This document shows positions 57,731 to 64,000 of a stretch of 64,000 bases of DNA, one piece after another. Source of the DNA: Gammaproteobacteria bacterium. Lineage in GTDB: Bacteria > Pseudomonadota > Gammaproteobacteria > UBA4575. Below the pieces are notes generated by a model. It saw nothing but the letters and a program-made list of their open reading frames with translations, was not told where the DNA came from and did no database searches. Location: NCBI GenBank assembly GCA_965242685.1, contig OZ251487.1, forward strand, positions 93,591 to 157,590. The letters run 5' to 3'. The position numbers and the translations under genes are program-made. Each line of letters starts with the position of its first letter. Position 1 is the first letter of the stretch.

Positions 57731-58644
57731 TGCGCGTATCAGACTTTGGCAAGGTGGCGGTTTTGATGGGCGGGAAGTCTGCGGAACGTGAAGTTTCTCT
57801 CAACAGCGGCGGCATGGTGCTGGAAGCATTAACGTCCATGCAGGTTGATGCACAGGGGATTGACGTTGGTTGTGACGTGTTTGAACGGTTGCGCGAAGGC
57901 GATTACGCGCGCGCCTTCATTGCCTTGCATGGGCAATTTGGCGAAGACGGAAGCATTCAAGGGGGGCTAGACGTAATTGGTTTGCCCTATAGCGGTAGTG
58001 GCGTCACAGCTTCAAGTATTTGTATGAACAAGCTGGTCACCAAGAAAATTTGGCAGGGCTATCAAATTCCAACGCCGAACCATCGCGTGTTGGAAAACAC
58101 GATTGATAGGGATGCGTTAGTGAAAGAGCTTGGATTGCCGATGATTTTCAAACCTGTTTCACAGGGATCAAGCATTGGTATAACCAAAGTGGATTCAAAA
58201 GAAGAGATACATGTGGCCTGGGAACATGCGCGTAAATTCGAAGATACGGTGATCGCAGAGAAATGGATAGCGGGCGAGGAGTATACGGTCGCCATCCTTG
58301 ATGACAGAGCCTTACCGGTAATTCGTCTGGAAACTCCTCGTTCATTTTATGATTACGATGCCAAGTATCACTCTGACAAAACGCAATACCATTGTCCTTG
58401 TGGCCTGCCCGAAAGGCTGGAAAAGGAGATTCAGGAGCAGGCGTTGAAGGCATACAAAATCACTGGTGCCAGTGGTTGGGGGCGAGTTGACGTCATACTG
58501 GATGATAAGGGGGGAGCGAAGTTTCTAGAAATCAATACCGTTCCGGGAATGACCGATCACAGCCTGGTGCCGATGGCGGCAAAGGCCGATGGCATCAGTT
58601 TTAATGAACTGGTTGTGAAAATTCTGGAAACCTCGTTGTCGTAA
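57730..58644 (+). CDS. ddl: D-alanine--D-alanine ligase
   Basis: 304 aa ATP-grasp protein starting VAVLMGGKSAEREVSL. Confidence 0.9.
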   Translation: MRVSDFGKVAVLMGGKSAEREVSLNSGGMVLEALTSMQVDAQGIDVGCDVFERLREGDYARAFIALHGQFGEDGSIQGGLDVIGLPYSGSGVTASSICMNKLVTKKIWQGYQIPTPNHRVLENTIDRDALVKELGLPMIFKPVSQGSSIGITKVDSKEEIHVAWEHARKFEDTVIAEKWIAGEEYTVAILDDRALPVIRLETPRSFYDYDAKYHSDKTQYHCPCGLPERLEKEIQEQALKAYKITGASGWGRVDVILDDKGGAKFLEINTVPGMTDHSLVPMAAKADGISFNELVVKILETSLS

Positions 58645-58645
58645 C

Positions 58646-59449
58646 ATGTCATTTAGTGTGAAAAGAAATTATTTGGGAAGCAGGCGAAAGACGGTAGCCC
58701 GCTATTTCTCGTTGCGTGACACGTGGGATGTCTTGGTAATAGCCTTGTTGCTGGGTATTGTAGTTTATTTTGCACATTATACCGATAGCAACCCCGACAT
58801 ATTTGCATGGCCGAGAATTGAACATGTAAAGGTCAGTGGAAAGCTGCAAGAGACGAATCGTGAGGCGTTCAAAAACATTATTCGTGAACGGGTGTCAGGG
58901 GGGTTTTTTTATGTACCTATGTATGATTTGGAACAACAGTTGGAAAAACTACCGTGGGTACGTCGTGCCATGGCGCGAAGGATTTGGCCAAACACCTTGA
59001 GTGTAACGGTGTACGAAGAAATCCCCGTTGCGAGATGGGGAAATACGGGATTGATGAACGCTTATGGAGAGTTATTTTTCCCGCCATCAGTGGAATCGTA
59101 CACTTCTTTGCCAACGCTTTTCGGGGAACAGGTACGCACCAAGGATTTGGCAAATATATTCAAAAACAGCATGAAGCGGCTACGGCCAACAGGCCTGCAG
59201 CCCCGGGGGCTGTTCGAGGATCAACGTCAATCCAAACACATGGTGTTGTCAAACGGGATGATTGTAGCAATGGGAGACGGTGATATAGACGAGAAAATTA
59301 CCCGTCTTATTATTGCGTATGAGCAATACTTATCTCCTCGTTTGGCAGAAGTTAAGGGGATTGATCTGCGATATACCAGTGGTTTGGCTATCGAGTGGAA
59401 ATCTTCGCAATCAGCAAACAACTTGGCATTACTGGAAGGCAATCTATGA
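58646..59449 (+). CDS. ftsQ: cell division protein FtsQ
   Basis: 267 aa with a TM helix and POTRA domain; position between ddl and ftsA. Confidence 0.8.
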   Translation: MSFSVKRNYLGSRRKTVARYFSLRDTWDVLVIALLLGIVVYFAHYTDSNPDIFAWPRIEHVKVSGKLQETNREAFKNIIRERVSGGFFYVPMYDLEQQLEKLPWVRRAMARRIWPNTLSVTVYEEIPVARWGNTGLMNAYGELFFPPSVESYTSLPTLFGEQVRTKDLANIFKNSMKRLRPTGLQPRGLFEDQRQSKHMVLSNGMIVAMGDGDIDEKITRLIIAYEQYLSPRLAEVKGIDLRYTSGLAIEWKSSQSANNLALLEGNL

Positions 59450-60681
59450 GTAGGAAAACGGGAAGGGACATGATAGTCGGATTAGATATTGGCACTTCCA
59501 AGGTTTCAGCAATTGTGGGTGAAGTGAATGATGCCGACCAACTGGAAATTGTCGGCATTGGCTTTCATCCGTCACGGGGCTTGAAGAGAGGAGTGGTAGT
59601 CAACATTGAATCAACGGTTCAATCTATCCAGCGTGCCATACAAGAGGCGGAGTTAATGGCCGACTGTCAGATACATTCGGTGTTTGCGGGCATTGCGGGC
59701 AGTCATATTCGCGGTATGAATTCGCATGGGATTGTTGCCATAAAGGATCGCGAGGTGTCGGTGGGAGACATTGAGCGAGTCATCGAAGCTGCAAAAGCCG
59801 TTGCTATTCCGGCAGACCAAAAGGTATTGCACGTGTTGCCGCAGGAATTTGTAATTGACCGGCAAGAAGGCATTCGTGAACCTGTTGGGATGTCGGGCGT
59901 GCGCCTTGAAGCAAAGGTTCACCTGATAACGGGGGCCGTAAGTGCGGCACAGAATATTATCAAATGCGTGCGTCGGTGCGGTTTAGAAGTAGACGATATT
60001 ATCCTTGAGCAGCTTGCATCGAGCTACGCGACTCTGACGGAAGACGAAAAAGAATTGGGTGTCTGTTTGGTTGACATTGGTGGCGGTACTACCGATGTTG
60101 CAGTATTTACCAGTGGCGCAATTAGACATACCGCGGTAATTCCTATTGCGGGAGACCAGGTAACCAATGACATCGCCGTTGCCATGCGAACCCCCACGCA
60201 ATATGCAGAGGAAATTAAAATTAAATATGCGTGCGCGCTTCAGCAGCTTGCAAACCCCGATGAAACCATAAAAGTTCCGAGTGTAGGAGACCGTGAGCCA
60301 CGGGATCTGTCGCGCCAAAATTTGGCGGCAGTTGTTGAACCTCGCTATAAAGAGATACTGATGTTGGTCCGTGAAGAGCTGCGCCGTAGCGGGTTTGAGG
60401 ACTTGGTTGCCGCAGGGACCGTGCTTACGGGTGGTAGTTCAAAGATGGAAGGGATCATAGACCTGGCCGAGGAAGTGTTTCACATGCCGGTACGGTTGGG
60501 CGTCCCTCAATTTGTAACCGGATTGGCTGATGTAGTACGCAACCCCATTTATGCAACGGGTGTGGGACTGCTTTTATTTGGGCACCAGAATCAACAACTG
60601 AAAAAGAACTCCTTGTTTGATGACTCAAGCGTAGGGAATGTATTCCGCAGGATGCGAGATTGGTTTAAGGGGAGTTTTTGA
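59446..60681 (+). CDS. ftsA: cell division protein FtsA
   Basis: Start at MSRKTGRDMIVGLDIGTSKV (ATG at 59446, overlapping the ftsQ stop). Confidence 0.9.
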   Translation: MSRKTGRDMIVGLDIGTSKVSAIVGEVNDADQLEIVGIGFHPSRGLKRGVVVNIESTVQSIQRAIQEAELMADCQIHSVFAGIAGSHIRGMNSHGIVAIKDREVSVGDIERVIEAAKAVAIPADQKVLHVLPQEFVIDRQEGIREPVGMSGVRLEAKVHLITGAVSAAQNIIKCVRRCGLEVDDIILEQLASSYATLTEDEKELGVCLVDIGGGTTDVAVFTSGAIRHTAVIPIAGDQVTNDIAVAMRTPTQYAEEIKIKYACALQQLANPDETIKVPSVGDREPRDLSRQNLAAVVEPRYKEILMLVREELRRSGFEDLVAAGTVLTGGSSKMEGIIDLAEEVFHMPVRLGVPQFVTGLADVVRNPIYATGVGLLLFGHQNQQLKKNSLFDDSSVGNVFRRMRDWFKGSF

Positions 60682-60725
60682 TGTTTGTAGTTTGGTACAT
60701 GACGTGCAACTAGAGGAGAAAGGAT

Positions 60726-61889
60726 ATGTTTGAATTAGTAGATGCGTGCAGCCAAAGCGCTGTAATTAAGGTAATTGGCGTGGGCGGCGGTGGCGGCAAT
60801 GCAGTGCGGCACATGGCCAAGTCTGAGATTGAAGGAGTAGATTTTGTGTATGCCAATACGGATTCCCAGGCCCTTCAAGACGTTGATACAAATGCTGCCT
60901 TGCAGCTCGGTAGTAGTACCACTAAAGGATTGGGCGCCGGTTGCGACCCGGAAGTTGGTCGGACTGCCGCACTTGAAGATCGGGATCGTATCCGCGAGGT
61001 GATTGATGGTGCGGACATGTTGTTTATTGCCGCCGGCATGGGAGGGGGTACCGGTACGGGTGCGGCACCGGTTGTGGCAGAGATAGCAAAGGAACAGGAA
61101 GTCCTTACGGTGGCCATTGTTACCAAGCCGTTTCCTTTCGAAGGCAACAAGCGTATGCAAGTTGCGAGTGCGGGTATCGAAGAGCTAGCCAAGCACGTGG
61201 ACTCCCTGATAACGATCCCAAATGAAAAAATATTGACGTTTGGTAGAGAACTCCAGTTGTTGGACGCATTCAAATCTGCGGACGATATCTTGCGTGGAGC
61301 CGTGCAAGGTATCGCGGAGCTGATTACTTGTCCGGGCCTGATCAATGTCGATTTTGCCGACGTGCGCACGGTCATGTCGGAAATGGGTATGGCGATGATG
61401 GGGTCGGGGGTTGCCGCGGGTGCGGAACGTGCGCGGGAGGCGGCAGAGTCGGCAATCTCGAGCCCGTTACTCGAGGATATCGATATCTCCGGAGCAAAGG
61501 GTATACTTGTCAACGTCACGGCAAGCCCCAGTCTTTCCGTAAGTGAGTTTGAAGAAGTCGGTAATCACATCAAGGATTTAGCCTCGGAAGATGCAACCGT
61601 TGTTATAGGTACGGTCATTGATGAATCCATGGGTGATAATCTACGCGCTACCTTGGTAGCTACGGGTATTGATTATCGAGGCGAGTCGGCGCCGGCCTCG
61701 GCCACGTCGACGGTAAAGCTGGTAGAGGAAGCGGGTGGCAATGAAGCCGTCAATGAAGGTCGACAGCAACCGGTTGCAGCTGAAGGAATAAATCAGCGAG
61801 ATGCAAAAAAAGCGGGTGGCAATGATGGTGAAAATTGGGACTGGGACTATATTGATATTCCGGCCTTCCTGCGTAGGCAGGCCGACTGA
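60726..61889 (+). CDS. ftsZ: cell division GTPase FtsZ
   Basis: 387 aa. GVGGGGGNAV tubulin signature. C-terminal tail DIPAFLRRQAD. Confidence 0.95.
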   Translation: MFELVDACSQSAVIKVIGVGGGGGNAVRHMAKSEIEGVDFVYANTDSQALQDVDTNAALQLGSSTTKGLGAGCDPEVGRTAALEDRDRIREVIDGADMLFIAAGMGGGTGTGAAPVVAEIAKEQEVLTVAIVTKPFPFEGNKRMQVASAGIEELAKHVDSLITIPNEKILTFGRELQLLDAFKSADDILRGAVQGIAELITCPGLINVDFADVRTVMSEMGMAMMGSGVAAGAERAREAAESAISSPLLEDIDISGAKGILVNVTASPSLSVSEFEEVGNHIKDLASEDATVVIGTVIDESMGDNLRATLVATGIDYRGESAPASATSTVKLVEEAGGNEAVNEGRQQPVAAEGINQRDAKKAGGNDGENWDWDYIDIPAFLRRQAD

Positions 61890-61935
61890 TGAAGACCGCT
61901 ACACGCTGACACGTCAGATATTCCTGCTGGAGTGA

Positions 61936-61962
61936 TTGCACTATTACTATATAATAGTGCAA
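61936..61962. promoter_or_regulatory. perfect 11-bp inverted repeat with a 5-bp spacer (ttgcactatta-ctata-taatagtgcaa) containing a TATAAT box, about 90 bp upstream of lpxC
   Basis: Direct inspection of the ftsZ-lpxC intergenic region. Confidence 0.5.
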
Positions 61963-62051
61963 ATGTTTGTGCGTAATGCCTGTCTGCTACGGGAGTGAAA
62001 GGTGTTGAACCGGGTAATGGTTACTACTCAATCAAATGGGGTGCATGATTG

Positions 62052-62972
62052 GTGATAAAGCAAAGAACGTTAAAAAACACTATACGCGCCAAGGGCATCG
62101 GCCTTCATACGGGAAAAACAATAGACTTGACTCTACGTCCTGCCGCCATTGACACGGGCATTATCTTTCGGCGTGTCGACATGGATCCTCCGTTGCAGAT
62201 CAAGGCAAGTTCCGAGAACGTGGGGGATACTAGTCTGTCTACCACTCTGGTTGTGGATGGCATTAGAATCTCTACGGTAGAACATTTACTATCGGCTATG
62301 GCGGGGCTCGGCATAGATAATGCCTACGTTGACGTGACCGCACAGGAAGTACCTATTATGGACGGTAGTGCCAGCCCTTTTGTTTTTTTGGTACAGTCTG
62401 CCGGCATCGTCGAGCAAAGCGCCGCCAAGAAATTTATCCGCATAAAAAAATCAGTTGAAGTAAAAGAAGGAGACAAATGGGCAAGATTTGATCCATTTCA
62501 TGGGTTTAAGGTCGGTTTTGCCATTGAATTTGATCATCCAATATTCAAGATACACCCGCGAAAGGCGGAAGTGAATTTTTCCACAACTTCATTCGTTAAG
62601 GAAATCTCACGCTCGCGCACGTTTGGTTTCATGCGAGATTTTGATGCGTTACGCAAGCAAAATCTGGCGTTGGGTGGTAGTCTTTACAACTCTATTGCCG
62701 TGAACGACAATCGTATATTGAATGAAGACGGTTTGCGCTATGAAGACGAATTTGTAAAACACAAAATTTTGGACGCCATTGGAGACCTATATCTATTGGG
62801 ACACAGCCTTATAGGGGCCTTTGGTGGCTATAAATCCGGTCATGCACTGAACAATAAGCTGTTACGTAAACTGATTGCAGCGAAGGAAGCCTGGGAAGAA
62901 ATCACTTTTGAGGACAATGACGGGAAGGCGCCAATATTCTACAACCTCCCGATCAGTGCTGCCGAGACATGA
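62052..62972 (+). CDS. lpxC: UDP-3-O-acyl-N-acetylglucosamine deacetylase
   Basis: Start set to GTG at 62052, giving [21 protein letters not shown], collinear with E. coli LpxC. The ORF-track start at 62049 (TTG) is 1 codon longer. Confidence 0.9.
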   Translation: MIKQRTLKNTIRAKGIGLHTGKTIDLTLRPAAIDTGIIFRRVDMDPPLQIKASSENVGDTSLSTTLVVDGIRISTVEHLLSAMAGLGIDNAYVDVTAQEVPIMDGSASPFVFLVQSAGIVEQSAAKKFIRIKKSVEVKEGDKWARFDPFHGFKVGFAIEFDHPIFKIHPRKAEVNFSTTSFVKEISRSRTFGFMRDFDALRKQNLALGGSLYNSIAVNDNRILNEDGLRYEDEFVKHKILDAIGDLYLLGHSLIGAFGGYKSGHALNNKLLRKLIAAKEAWEEITFEDNDGKAPIFYNLPISAAET

Positions 62973-63062
62973 CCCGGATGCGATCTTTATTTTTACCTGT
63001 CATGTATCCATTGTGTGCACCATGCCAGAGCGTTGTTCCGGTTGACAGTTTGATGCGAGATG

Positions 63063-63353
63063 CTATTGGTAGACCGTGTCGACTTTAACTTTTACTTTGC
63101 GCAGGCGTCGTTTCTTGGTAAGGCCCAACTCTTGGTTTGCTTGCTTGAGAATTTCATGCTGATGAAACCTGATCAAACTGGCTAAGTCAGGGCTGTCCAT
63201 GATGATTGTGAGAACGTGGTCTTTGGTGTCGGCGACCCAGAAATGGTTGGCTAATTCCGGGGGAAGCCATGTTCTTATTCTCAGCGTGAGTCCATGCAGT
63301 ACCCTTACCTTTTCCTGTATGGTTTCACCAATATATGAGGACAATTTTTGCAT
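63063..63353 (-). CDS. DUF721 (DciA-like) small protein
   Basis: 96 aa; W..L...W.V.......L.I..DS..LA..L.F...E.L...N..LG pattern. Family call is from memory. Confidence 0.45.
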   Translation of the reverse strand: MQKLSSYIGETIQEKVRVLHGLTLRIRTWLPPELANHFWVADTKDHVLTIIMDSPDLASLIRFHQHEILKQANQELGLTKKRRLRKVKVKVDTVYQ

Positions 63354-63453
63354 TGGTACTTTTTATCATCTTGGAGAGATAAGTTATAATAATGGCTTTT
63401 AAGAAAAGACATGCGATAATACAAATATACACACTGGGCCCGGCGTAGAAAAC

Positions 63454-64000
63454 ATGAACATTGTCATCCTTCCTCGTGCACGTGCACGTTTTGCCTACGT
63501 GTACTATTTACACGGCTGGAGTAAAAAGAGTGTATTTCTCGGGCTGATCTTCTTATCCATCATGCTATTTGGTGGCGGTTATCTCGCTGGCATGTATTTT
63601 GAGCATAAGGCGGTTTTAAACAAATGGGAAACCGGTATCGTTGTACAAAGTCGGCAGGTTGATCGGACTAAACAGGAAAATCAAGCCGTCATAGACATGT
63701 TGACGGACAAGGTCGGAGCACTGCAAGCCCATCTAAGTCATATTGACGCACTGGCAAACATGTTGGTAGACACGGCTGGCATTGACGCCGGAGAATTCAA
63801 TTTTGATTCTACCTTGTCTATGGGCGGGCCTCATACATCCTTTGAGCGTAACGTACAAGCCAATGCGGAAATAGGTAGCGTATTGGAGAGATTGAATACC
63901 GACTTGGAAGAACGTGAGTATCAGCTTCAGGTTTTGACAGATTTGCTGATCGACAAAAGGCTTGCGGATGAAGCTCATCCGCGGGGTTGGCCGATTGCTC
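63454..64000 (+). CDS. membrane-anchored coiled-coil protein, probable N-terminal part of an M23 (LytM) peptidase-family protein; truncated by window end
   Basis: ATG at 63454 and open frame to position 64000 (absent from the ORF track because it has no stop). TM helix (VFLGLIFLSIMLFGGGYLAGMYF) and coiled coil, ending ...HPRGWPIA at the window edge. Confidence 0.4.
   Translation, partial: MNIVILPRARARFAYVYYLHGWSKKSVFLGLIFLSIMLFGGGYLAGMYFEHKAVLNKWETGIVVQSRQVDRTKQENQAVIDMLTDKVGALQAHLSHIDALANMLVDTAGIDAGEFNFDSTLSMGGPHTSFERNVQANAEIGSVLERLNTDLEEREYQLQVLTDLLIDKRLADEAHPRGWPIA

Noticed and set aside
58893-58906. G7T7 homopolymer pair (ggggggttttttt) inside ftsQ as a phase-variation tract
   Set aside because: Short, within an essential core gene, and encodes an ordinary GGFFY segment. 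No paralogous context; judged coincidental.

Overview
Proteobacterial-type chromosomal window, roughly mid-50s % GC by eye, with three conserved core blocks and one accessory island. No rRNA, tRNA, CRISPR array, integrase or transposase was recognised.

(1) 1-8.8 kb, minus strand: a PTS-Ntr / rpoN / LPS-transport locus, in order ptsI(partial)-ptsH-EIIA(Man)-hprK(short)-ptsN-hpf-rpoN-lptB-lptA-lptC-kdsC-yrbG.

(2) 8.8-23.5 kb: an accessory island lying between yrbG and a divergent mlaC-like/murA block. It contains a NalP-like lipoprotein subtilase with a C-terminal autotransporter beta-barrel, a small membrane protein with three 33-bp (11-aa) tandem repeats, and three tandemly duplicated modules. 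Each module is [DUF1640-like tail-anchored coiled-coil gene with a 33-bp repeat of variable copy number (4, 2, 1+5)] - [homopolymeric G tract of 14, 15 or 17 nt in a conserved context] - [giant 773-1206 aa surface protein with tandem beta-sandwich repeats and a C-terminal autotransporter-type beta-barrel]. A family of ~50-bp direct repeats fills the module flanks. This is the most unusual part of the window: it looks like a contingency (phase- and size-variable) surface-protein system.

(3) 23.5-43.6 kb: mlaC-like, murA, hisG-aroG-hisD-hisC (DAHP synthase embedded in the his cluster), nif3, petABC, sspAB, two Sel1-repeat genes (one an in-frame fusion of two paralogs) plus a macro-domain gene, then glcD-like, diaA/gmhA, yraN, lpoA (minus strand) and rsmI. 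Several intergenic tandem-repeat arrays occur here, three of them built from duplicated gene 3-prime ends.

(4) 43.6-44.05 kb: RNase P RNA (rnpB). It is followed by a sigma70-type promoter and a textbook triple TGGGN MraZ operator.

(5) 44.4-63 kb: a complete dcw cluster mraZ-rsmH-ftsL-ftsI-murE-murF-mraY-murD-ftsW-murG-murC-murB-ddl-ftsQ-ftsA-ftsZ-lpxC, then a DUF721 (DciA-like) gene and the start of an M23-peptidase-like gene.
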